NCBI GenBank assembly: GCA_963665665.1 | Contig: OY762428.1 | Coordinates: forward strand, 1,088,001-1,152,000 | Reading direction: 5' to 3' | Source of the DNA: Candidatus Kapaibacterium sp. | GTDB lineage: Bacteria; Bacteroidota; Ignavibacteria; Kapaibacteriales; UBA2268 | DNA: 64,000 nt | In this document: positions 22,201 to 29,458 of the stretch, piece after piece | Layout of the letters: each line of letters starts with the position of its first letter | How positions within the stretch are numbered: position 1 is the stretch's first letter | Translations under genes and position numbers: made by a program | The notes under the pieces: generated by a model | What the model was told of the DNA's origin: nothing | The model's database searches: none | What the model saw: the letters and a program-made list of their open reading frames with translations, nothing else

Positions 22201-25200
22201 GTTGTTACAGCGCCATTTGCAATATCAACTGTCTGAACAGAAAGGTCAGCGATTTCATCACTGCCAACTGCACCGGCGTTAATATCAAGTGTTAATGCAT
22301 TTGCAACTGCACCAGAGATAGAAATATCTGATGTAGCAACATCGTCGTCAACCCAGATGTCAACATTCTGTGCGAATGTTAAACGGCCATCTTCGTCAAC
22401 TGAGAACTGTGCAACTGCTGTTGATGTACCATAGTCGCCGCCTGTTACTGCTGTTGCAATAATTTCGTCCGGGCCTACGGAGTTATCAGCCATTTTTTCA
22501 AGTGTAACTGCATTTTCAGCAATTTTCATTTCTGTTACAGCGTCGTCAGCAATTTTTACTTCTGTTACTGCTGCATCAGCAATTTTTGCTGTTGTTACAT
22601 TAAGGTCAGCAATCTTTGTTGTAATAACTGCTGCATCAGCGATTTTTTCTGTTGTTACATTAAGATCACGGATTTTACGAGTAGTTACAGCAGCATCTTC
22701 AAGTTTAGGTGTAGTTACTGCATTGTTAGCGATTGTACGAGTAATGATAGCGTTATCCTGAATATCAACATCCTGGATTGAGAGGTCAATGATCTCGTCG
22801 CTGCCAACTGTACTCGGGTTAATGTCGAGAGTTAAGCTTGATGAAACCGGGCCACTGATAGCAATATCAGAAGCAAGTACTTCATCAACAAGAATATCTA
22901 CATTCTGTGCGAATGTAAGGCGGCCGTCTGCATCAACTGCGAACTGGCCTACTGCTGTTTCTGTTCCGTAATCGCCGGCTACAACCGCTGTTTCAATCAG
23001 TTCGTCCGGGCCTACTGAACCGTCAGCCATTTTATCTAATGTTACAGCATTGTCAGCAAGTTTTGCTTCTGTTACTGCTTCATTCTGAATTTTCGGTGTT
23101 GTTACTGCTTCGTCAGCAATTGTACGTGTGATAATTGCATTGTCAGCAATATCAACATCCTGGATAGAAAGGTCAATGATTTCATCACTGCCTACTGTGC
23201 TGGGATCAATTTCAAGTGTAAGAGCTGATGATACGCCACCGCTGATTGAGATATCAGAAGCTACTACATCATCTACAAGAATGTTTACATCCTGTGCGAA
23301 TGTAAGGCGGCCGTCTGCGTCTACTGTGAACTGGCCAACTGCTGTTTCTGTACCATAAGTACCGCCAACAACTGCTGTTTCGATAAGTTCGTCAGGACCA
23401 ACTGAACGGTCAGCCATTTTATCTAATGTTACAGCATCTTGAGCAATTTTTGCTTCTGTTACTGCTTCATTCTGGATTGTACGTGTTGTTACTGCTTCGT
23501 CAGCAATTGTGCGAGTGATAATTGCGTTGTCTGCAATATCTTCTGCAAGAATTGTCTGCTGAGCAATTTCTGTTGTTGTTACAACGTTAGGATTGATCTG
23601 AAGATCAAGCATATCCGGCATGTCATTATTAACAAGGATGTCTGAGTTCTGGCCGTCGTCGGCAAGTCTCATTTCAACCCAGTCCATACCGTTCCATTTC
23701 AGCATAACGCCGTCCATGCCTTCACCATTCTGAAGTTTAGAATAAGTGATAGCGTCGTCAGCGATGTCTGCTGTAATGATTGTTTCATCAAGGATAGTAC
23801 GTGAGTCAATTTCACCGTCTGCAATCATTGCATTGCGGAGGAAGTCATTGAACCAGCGTGTACCATTGAAGAAAAGTATATTATTTTCGCCAACGCCTTC
23901 TTTCCACATTTCAATGGGTTCGTCGTAGCCGTTGCCGATAATTTCGTTAGCTGTGTTGATAAGAGCGTGGGGAACTTCCCATCTCATCTGCATTGCTGTG
24001 TTGTCCCATGTAAGAACATAACCATCTTCAAGAGCTGTAGGCTGAAGTGGTGTAGCATTCAGGTTGTTAGGCTCGATAAGCTGAGCTTCCCATGTACCTG
24101 ATGCCTGGTTGAAATAGAGAACTGAATTTTCGTTACCAACGTATTCTGCATCATCTCTAAGTTTGATAGGATCATCAGCATTACCGCGACCTGTGATCGG
24201 GTGATGTGTTGAAACCATGGGAACGCCCCAGTAGAATTCGCCTGTTGCAGCATCCCATACCGGTGAGTACTGGTCTGCAGCAGGTTTTGACCATGTAAGT
24301 TCATTCGGTGTATCAACTTTATAGTTATAATACATGAAAGTACCAACATAACCCATACCTGGTTTGTCAACTGTTTCGCCTTCTTCTGTGCTGGCATAAA
24401 TTTCTCTTACGCCTGCTACATCAGGATAAAGCTGAAGGTCAAGAGCATCAATGTCTGTTCCAACAACTTCAATGTCTGAATTAGTCATGTCATCTTCTGC
24501 CTGGATAAGAACATCTTCAGCAAAAGTTAAACGACCGTCTTCGTCAACTGTGAAAGTACCAACGTTATATTCATCACCATAATCGCCAGCCATTACAGTT
24601 GTTGCCTGAAGTTCAAAAGGAGTAACTGCTTCTTCAGCAATTTTCTCTGTTGTAACCTGGCGATCACCAATATCTGCTGTAAGAATTGTGCCGTCCATGA
24701 TTTTGTCTGTTGTTACAGCATCGGGGCCAATTTTTTCGTTTGTTACAGCAAGATCAGCGATCTTCGGAGTTGTTATCTGCATGTCGGCAATATCTTCTGT
24801 AAGGATAGTACCGTTCATGATTTTGTCTGTTGTTACAGCATCCGGGCCAATTTTAATATTGGTTACCGCGCCGTTTGCAATTTTAACTGTAGTAACAGCG
24901 CCGTCAAAGATGCGGTCTGTTTTTACAGCGCCAACAGCGATCAGCGGATCAGGATAAGTGCCTGTCAGATCGCCTGCGGCCGGGCCACTCGGAGGAGTAG
25001 TTACATTCGGAGCAAGGTGTTCCTGAGTAATGGAACCAGCTTCGATATTGTCAATGATAGCCTGAGGATCGATACCCGGATTCGGATATTCGCCTGTCAG
25101 AACACCACCGGCCGGGCCAATCGGAATTGCCTGAACGCCGGGAGCAAGTTTTTCCTGAGTAATCGCGCCGTCAACAACATCCATTGCTACTCTTGCAGTA

Positions 25201-25595
25201 TCGGCATCGATAGCATACATAGCATAAGGATTAGCTGTTAACCTTGTCCTCGGGAATGGAGTACCGTTACCAACAGTTACTTCAAGCCAGTAAGGCCTGT
25301 TGAAAGTAAAGTTGATAGGATTCTGAGTACCGAGGTAAACATTTACGAAGCCATCAACGGAATTCACGTCCTGGATTTCAACCCAGATAGGACTTCCGCC
25401 GAACTCGTCTTCATAAATTCTGAAAGTCACGGGTGTCCCCCCGTCGGCTATTGGTTCGTTATTCTCATCAAGCAAACTTGCCTGGTAGTTCAGGACTCTC
25501 GGAACAGTTTCATCTGCTGCCCAAGACTGAGTAAACTGAGCCATGGCAAGGATTGCTACTAGAACGAAACTTAGAAGAATAGATTTCTTCATCAT
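16239..25595 (-). CDS. Giant acidic tail-fibre-like repeat protein (probable trimeric surface fibre/adhesin)
   Basis: Signal peptide; N-terminal LNYQ...PYWLEV...RL..PYA..A domain; dozens of IADxAVTTxK decads; six YG....V..F.VD.DGRLT modules; GxLTGxYPxP and TKG(W/Y)V motifs; C-terminal LP...GQVLYVIN...W knob-like domain; no T9SS CTD or beta-barrel. Confidence 0.85.
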   Translation of the reverse strand: MMKKSILLSFVLVAILAMAQFTQSWAADETVPRVLNYQASLLDENNEPIADGGTPVTFRIYEDEFGGSPIWVEIQDVNSVDGFVNVYLGTQNPINFTFNRPYWLEVTVGNGTPFPRTRLTANPYAMYAIDADTARVAMDVVDGAITQEKLAPGVQAIPIGPAGGVLTGEYPNPGIDPQAIIDNIEAGSITQEHLAPNVTTPPSGPAAGDLTGTYPDPLIAVGAVKTDRIFDGAVTTVKIANGAVTNIKIGPDAVTTDKIMNGTILTEDIADMQITTPKIADLAVTNEKIGPDAVTTDKIMDGTILTADIGDRQVTTEKIAEEAVTPFELQATTVMAGDYGDEYNVGTFTVDEDGRLTFAEDVLIQAEDDMTNSDIEVVGTDIDALDLQLYPDVAGVREIYASTEEGETVDKPGMGYVGTFMYYNYKVDTPNELTWSKPAADQYSPVWDAATGEFYWGVPMVSTHHPITGRGNADDPIKLRDDAEYVGNENSVLYFNQASGTWEAQLIEPNNLNATPLQPTALEDGYVLTWDNTAMQMRWEVPHALINTANEIIGNGYDEPIEMWKEGVGENNILFFNGTRWFNDFLRNAMIADGEIDSRTILDETIITADIADDAITYSKLQNGEGMDGVMLKWNGMDWVEMRLADDGQNSDILVNNDMPDMLDLQINPNVVTTTEIAQQTILAEDIADNAIITRTIADEAVTTRTIQNEAVTEAKIAQDAVTLDKMADRSVGPDELIETAVVGGTYGTETAVGQFTVDADGRLTFAQDVNILVDDVVASDISISGGVSSALTLEIDPSTVGSDEIIDLSIQDVDIADNAIITRTIADEAVTTPKIQNEAVTEAKLADNAVTLDKMADGSVGPDELIETAVVAGDYGTETAVGQFAVDADGRLTFAQNVDILVDEVLASDIAISGPVSSSLTLDINPSTVGSDEIIDLSIQDVDIQDNAIITRTIANNAVTTPKLEDAAVTTRKIRDLNVTTEKIADAAVITTKIADLNVTTAKIADAAVTEVKIADDAVTEMKIAENAVTLEKMADNSVGPDEIIATAVTGGDYGTSTAVAQFSVDEDGRLTFAQNVDIWVDDDVATSDISISGAVANALTLDINAGAVGSDEIADLSVQTVDIANGAVTTDKIADLAVTTPKIDNDAVTTVKIADLNVTTEKIADAAVITEKIADGNVTTVKIADGNVTTDKIANLNVTTAKIADLAVTNGKLADDAVTTEKIADGQVMEDDLADDAVTTDKIEDGAVTLDKFADANTLGQMAYWNGTAWVYTGTAPAVDPTFEYVLKWNNDGGDGYADWAIDDFTVPVTKDNDEDQTMFALNKTAGTGNVVDLTNSSAANGDGLTVTMTNNGDAIVAEVPSNLTTAGSAIVASGGGNGVPTVDINRTTDGQLGEGALHVDVDVTTLEDNAIGAYIDMDVDGDDGHSSAALVVEHTVINNTTGMHAAGAFYLEATAGDDDAAAVYGDADGTADAIVGIAETGQALYAMSNPAVDEYVAEVIRGGGNEGRAMYIEGNSENVTGILDPTDADNAVLVVRNTNAAAMKTAIKTYGDIWANSTIGATTILGMEEVIVGDPNGLHVTLTPPVAPDAPMEISDDVTIHGALLVDESSTFSQNLNVVGNVWVDGTFDVDGDAEFDANVDIMGDLNITGKGYSDVTVDADPINTMVTKGWVEDHIDLLEDEPYLVWDTPTNLTNSKGVAGVEGITVDLAAAGNATVGITDLGVTTAKIDDLAVTTGKINNLAVTTGKIDNLAVTTTKIANGAVITEKIADLAVDNDKLAANAVTTDKIDNGTILPEDVDLTQDYNFAGALQHNGIDVVDVDMNPLTVLDIDGDYTNGFEIQPDAVTSAKILDGTIVNGDIHDDAVFATVVDPDMDSFDVTNTNNAINFVEGNPNVSIEVLPGNQVEISALVQTADPVVGSGIPGDEITLAYDEALALNSSSLTLNMTHVNNWAVNQNFNDITFPGGAEITIGQTGYLGSSEGLTMYDGGVEMVEIDGVFGDFWFWGQGYVELGLEVNDFIEAAGDITGHADLYLDGKGYSDETDAADGRTTLTTKGYVDDGLALKADIDEPFIVWDTPGALTNSKGIEGIRGINVDLTPATNATVGIEDNGVINDYIADDAVELRNMADNSVGPDELIATAVAADSYGSATEVATFTVDEDGRLTAAANINILVDDNAASDIAISGTDSDDLTLDINPSTVGSTEIVDGSIVNDDINGATIFAEVTADNGPGFDVTNGNRTFSFVEGNANVHIEATASNEVVISADVITDFPIVGDGTPGNPIDLWYDASLTENSNSLSLNMNHENTWIDIQNFTNGLFVGDPAGANATLTGTGLTWDGVNGYIDFTTGEAVFGGFVEINEDLWVNQGVEIVSGGLLVNADGADITGDVDIDGDLTVTGTGDFTGRVDIHNFLAVDNGAEIAGGATVYDGLVVESALGGNAITATGPVVVNGSGTFTGDLEVNGDITENGIDVVTFNDTPAIVNDIDGSYAAGFTIQPLAIENGMIQDNAVELRNMADNSVGADELIATTVSADSYGSATEVATFTVDADGRLTAAANVNVLVNDNGTTSDINITGTDSDDLNLDINAGVVGTTEIADATVFASVSADAGAAFDLTDAAHAITFEGGTNITTTNTGTTVRIDAEVVTDHPITGTGTAANPIDLMYDGTLTENSNSLTLNMNNANSWVAEQTFADVDVNGGNIDATIIGNTTRATGYFTTLEANTAFTAVNVNIDGGTMDDVTIGATTPADASFSDVFVGNDLEVTNQTVSGTLIVGSSGTVTDNLYVGNTINVNNDLNVTDDVDINGDLDVDGTTNLDVVDVDGTVRIDAATGTSPVLRVNNTTGAATDVAIQTDGDVVIGSALRVQAGGVDQIVVSSDGSITAPSGTYSSDLYYDGYEVLTRNTGIAIDGDFTFSHTGTFANSTADETSLIATNTSDPTGDPTVVIRNEYTNGSDQTGKALVIERGDLEVNHGTLKVSSYANIREAILAEGNPTINSNINEPTNSNATTLHMSYGKLVLSYFELDAAAATAMTFSTNWTNLGWATVIDVTANLGTTNITLPDGGYSEEGQVLYVINSNATAVLTLDDADSTVLNPGDAAMFVVDANLVWHRIQ

Positions 25596-25659
25596 TTAGT
25601 TCCCCTAAAATGGTTATACAAATAAATTTCACTATAACTTAATGTTATTATTTTCATAG

Positions 25660-26247
25660 TTATCTTACTAATACCATTACATTTCGCAAATTATAAGCTC
25701 TGAAGCTGTCGCCTGCCATCTGGGCCGGTTTAACAACCAGTTCATAAAGATAAGAACCGGAGGCAGCATCTGTACCTGTAAAGTCTTTTCCGTCCCAGGC
25801 TGCCTGCTGTTCGCCGGAATTCTGATATCCGCTGAACAGTTCTTTAACTTTGTTACCTGAAACATCGTAAACAGTTAATGTAACGTAGGCGTAACCCGGC
25901 AGGAAGTACTGAACTGTAGTACTGCTGCTGAACGGGTTAGGGTAGTTCGAAAGCCTTGCTTCCGGTGGTGTCGGTTCCGGCACATCAACGCCCTGGTTTG
26001 CCTTCGGCACCCAGTAACCCTGATATACATCGATGATCTCGCCCGAATCTCCGTTCGAGATCTTCTCGATTGCTAACTGCCCAATCATCCCCGACATTTT
26101 CATGCCTGAAGAATTTTGAGCAGCAACCATTCCACCGCTGCCCATTGCCCACTTCTGAATGCGAACATTCTGTGAGAACAGGCCGCTCATCGTCAGCGGC
26201 GCAAGGATGCTGACAATGAGGAGTAACCTAAAGTGTTTTTTCATCAT
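25660..26247 (-). CDS. Small T9SS type A sorting-domain (FlgD-Ig-like CTD) protein
   Basis: Signal peptide, short SGG...GMIGQ...QGYW domain, then NYPNPFS...VYDVSGNKV..L..G....WDG.D..G...ASGSY.Y CTD. Confidence 0.85.
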   Translation of the reverse strand: MMKKHFRLLLIVSILAPLTMSGLFSQNVRIQKWAMGSGGMVAAQNSSGMKMSGMIGQLAIEKISNGDSGEIIDVYQGYWVPKANQGVDVPEPTPPEARLSNYPNPFSSSTTVQYFLPGYAYVTLTVYDVSGNKVKELFSGYQNSGEQQAAWDGKDFTGTDAASGSYLYELVVKPAQMAGDSFRAYNLRNVMVLVR

Positions 26248-26370
26248 GTGAACTCCTGTAGAAACTTACTATATAGACATTCATTTACTTATCTATCTTA
26301 AAAATTATTTTTTCAATCTTCGCGTATCTTCGAGGTTTAATTTTACATAGAACCCCGGATAGGGTATTCA

Positions 26371-26386
26371 AGCAAAATTTATGCCA
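26371..26386 (-). promoter_or_regulatory. Sigma54 (RpoN) -24/-12 promoter
   Basis: Minus strand TGGCATAAATTTTGCT matches TGGCAC-N5-TTGCW with exact GG-N10-GC spacing, about 125 bp upstream of the 26247 start. Confidence 0.65.
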
Positions 26387-26824
26387 TTAAAAGAGCTAAT
26401 TATCCGGTGCAATTTCTCTTTTGAATATTACACAGAATATGAGAACGAAAATACAAAGAAACAATATAATTATCAAAAAGATTTTAGGTATAACCAATAA
26501 AAAACCGGCATCCCGCGAATCTTTCTCGCAATTATTAATAAAAAACTAATTCATGCTAAATGTATCTGACTTATCCGCAATAACATCCCGCAGATTAATC
26601 AAGGGCTCCCCCCCTTTCATTAATTTTGAAAATTGTTAAAACCTGTTCTAATTTCCGAGCTTCGTATCATATATAACAAAAATCTTCATTCCCCTTTTCC
26701 AAGTTTCTTTAAAATAAAGTAATAAAAATATAATTCCAAATATTTATTTTCTATTTTCTCAATTAATTTAAAATACTCATATTGCAGTTAATTATTTGTA
26801 TGAATTAATATTAAAATTCAGTTA

Positions 26825-28279
26825 ATGAAACTTTCGTCTTTAATCGGCCATGCATCATACCTGGCTTCACTTATCGAAAAATCCCGTGATCCTTCGGACA
26901 GACTCGCTTCGCAATACTTCCGAAGCAAGAAGTATATCGGAAGCAAAGAAAGAAGATTTCTTTCCGAGTCTGTTTTTTTTCATCTCAGGATATTATCCCT
27001 GTCCCGCTATCTGACCGATAGTTGCTTTGATTTATTGCATAATGAATCTGCCGGTAAAATTGAGTTTATTACTTCATTGATTCTTGCAAAGCAATTTAAT
27101 GATCACGAGATGATTAGTTTTGCCCCCTATGAATTGTTATTAAGGGCGGGCAATTCCGGCGAATTCCGGGTATTAGTGAATGAATGCCTCAGTGATATTC
27201 TAAACACTGACAGCACGCTCGATCAGTATTCGATGATTCTTACTGGATACAATAAACTTGCTAAGAATATATCATCCGTTTCTAATTGTCCGGGAAATAG
27301 TAACTTAAAATTACTATCCGACTATTTTATCATGCCTGAATTTTTATTGATGTCTCTATTAACATATTTAAATATCGATCAAATATCGGCGATTTCAAAG
27401 GCAATGATGGATTCGGCGCCGGCCGGAATTCGTATCCAGGGAAAAAGTATTGATAGAAATGACCTTATAAAGAGTTTGTGCCTGGAAGAAAATCATTATA
27501 AATCCGGCAGTATTTCACCTTCATGTATTAATATATATAAAAGGATACAAATAATCAGTTCAATTCCCTACAAAAACGGTTTTATTGAAATACAGGACGA
27601 AGGCAGCCAGCTAATTGGTTTCGCTTTGAATCCGGCGCCAAAATCAAGAGTTCTGGATGCATGTGCTGGGGCAGGCGGAAAAACAATGCATATTGCCGAC
27701 CTGCAAAATGATAGTGGACACATTGTATCAGCCGATATCGACCTGAAAAAACTTAAGGAACTGAATAAACGCGCCGCCAGAGCAGGATTTAATTCAATCA
27801 ACACTTTCCTGTGGCAGACCAATCCAGGAAAAAAAGCAAGCTCTAAACAAAAGGAACAATATAACAAACTTTTCAACAGGCCCTTCGATTATGTCCTGGT
27901 TGATGCACCATGTTCAGGTTCCGGAACAGTCAGGCGCAGTCCAATGCAAAAATGGAGGCTAAATGAGAAGCTGATCCAAAAACATTCACGCAAGCAATTT
28001 GAGCTTCTTTCGAAATATTCAGAATATGTAAGGCCTGGCGGAATATTGGTTTACGCAACATGTTCAATACTTCCGCAGGAAAACAACTATGTTATTGATA
28101 AATTCATGGATGTGCATCCTGATTTTGAGCCATCCCCACTTGCCGGTATTTTCAAAGAAAATGATATTGAAATTGCGAATTTAGAAAAAAATCAGCATTT
28201 TCTTACACTTTTACCAGGAATTCACGGAACGGACGGTTTCTTCATGGCCCGGTTCAAAAGGACAGTGTGTAACATTTAA
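26825..28279 (+). CDS. RsmB/NOP (Fmu/Sun) family RNA m5C methyltransferase
   Basis: QDEGSQ, VLDACAGAGGKT, VLVDAPCSGSG, YATCS and TDGFF motifs. Confidence 0.92.
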   Translation: MKLSSLIGHASYLASLIEKSRDPSDRLASQYFRSKKYIGSKERRFLSESVFFHLRILSLSRYLTDSCFDLLHNESAGKIEFITSLILAKQFNDHEMISFAPYELLLRAGNSGEFRVLVNECLSDILNTDSTLDQYSMILTGYNKLAKNISSVSNCPGNSNLKLLSDYFIMPEFLLMSLLTYLNIDQISAISKAMMDSAPAGIRIQGKSIDRNDLIKSLCLEENHYKSGSISPSCINIYKRIQIISSIPYKNGFIEIQDEGSQLIGFALNPAPKSRVLDACAGAGGKTMHIADLQNDSGHIVSADIDLKKLKELNKRAARAGFNSINTFLWQTNPGKKASSKQKEQYNKLFNRPFDYVLVDAPCSGSGTVRRSPMQKWRLNEKLIQKHSRKQFELLSKYSEYVRPGGILVYATCSILPQENNYVIDKFMDVHPDFEPSPLAGIFKENDIEIANLEKNQHFLTLLPGIHGTDGFFMARFKRTVCNI

Positions 28280-28326
28280 CACATAATTAATACAAGATTA
28301 CAGTTTATTCATTATCAAATTCGGAT

Positions 28327-28968
28327 ATGAAAACATTACTTGAAAACATTGACACCATAATCTTCGATTTCGGTGGTGTTCTATATAGAATTAATCCAGA
28401 GGACAGCTTTTCTGCTTTTACTAAACTTATCAATAAATCAGGAGTTAAGGTAAGCCGTGAAGTAATTTTATCCAGACTGGTTGTTCCCTACGAAAAGGGC
28501 GAGCTAAGCAGCCCCGGATTTATAAACGGGCTAAGGTCATATTGCAATAATGTAATTGATAATAATGAATTAATACGAATTTGGAATCTCACCCTGAAAG
28601 AACTTTACCCTGATTCTTTTCAGATACTTAGTTACTTTAAGAAATATTACGACATATTACTGCTAAGCAACACTAACGAGATTCATTATGAATTCTTTAA
28701 GCCGGAATGCCGAGAGATTTTCAGTCTTTTCAGGAAAAAATATTTTTCGTACCAGATAGGAATGGCCAAACCTGATAATGAAATATTCAATTATCTTATT
28801 GAAGATGCTGGAATTAATAAATCTAAAAGCCTTTTTATTGATGACAATACCGCAAATATCGCTACAGCAAAAGCTATGGGCTTTAGAACACTGCTCCTTG
28901 ACAACAGAAACAAACTGTCAGAATTATTTCACACTGTCAAAAAATATACACAAAATAATGAAATATGA
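28327..28968 (+). CDS. HAD-family phosphatase (YihX-like)
   Basis: IIFDFGGVL, LLSNTN, KPD and FIDD motifs. Confidence 0.9.
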   Translation: MKTLLENIDTIIFDFGGVLYRINPEDSFSAFTKLINKSGVKVSREVILSRLVVPYEKGELSSPGFINGLRSYCNNVIDNNELIRIWNLTLKELYPDSFQILSYFKKYYDILLLSNTNEIHYEFFKPECREIFSLFRKKYFSYQIGMAKPDNEIFNYLIEDAGINKSKSLFIDDNTANIATAKAMGFRTLLLDNRNKLSELFHTVKKYTQNNEI

Positions 28969-29118
28969 TTAATCAAACCAGTTAATCACATATATTCAAC
29001 TTTCACTGACAAATTATTTTCCAAAATCATACTCACATCCAATTACTGATATAAATATTTCGTTACTAATCAGCATAAAGGAAGAATATGTTAGATATGG
29101 TTAATAATACCAGAAAAT

Positions 29119-29227
29119 GTCACTCTGAACAAAGTGAAGAGTCTATTCTTCATAATTTTATCCAAAAAACAAGTGGATTCTTCAGTCGCAAGCTCCGGAA
29201 GCCTGCCCCGACATGTCGGGGAATGAC
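29119..29227. repeat. REP-like palindromic element, copy 1, with a nested small palindrome
   Basis: GTCACTCTGAACAAAGTGAAGAGTC ... GGATTCTTCAGTCGCAAGCTCC ... GAATGAC; matches the copy at 48763-48870. Confidence 0.75.
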
Positions 29228-29458
29228 ATTTTTGCAATTATTCTTTTCAAAAAAAGAATAATATTATATTTGCTGAATATTAACAATATTTCAAAATACT
29301 AATGGAGCAAAAATAATTTTGAGTATTCAAAGGCTAATTCATATCGGTACAATTTGGTCTTATATAATTTACACTTAAAATAAATCACGGATATTTCGTT
29401 CTTATTAAAGTTAGAATTGAAAAATAAAGAGAAAAATATATTCATTTGGAGTCGAATT

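Noticed and set aside
4524-25241. Many short antisense and alternate-frame ORFs inside the two giant genes
   Set aside because: Shadows of biased codon usage and repeats; no recognisable domains.
16239-25595. Prophage or tailocin, suggested by the tail-fibre motifs
   Set aside because: The protein has a Sec signal peptide and no capsid, baseplate, sheath, integrase or lysis genes are nearby.
4305-25595. Diversity-generating retroelement acting on the giant proteins
   Set aside because: No reverse transcriptase and no adenine-specific TR/VR pair seen.
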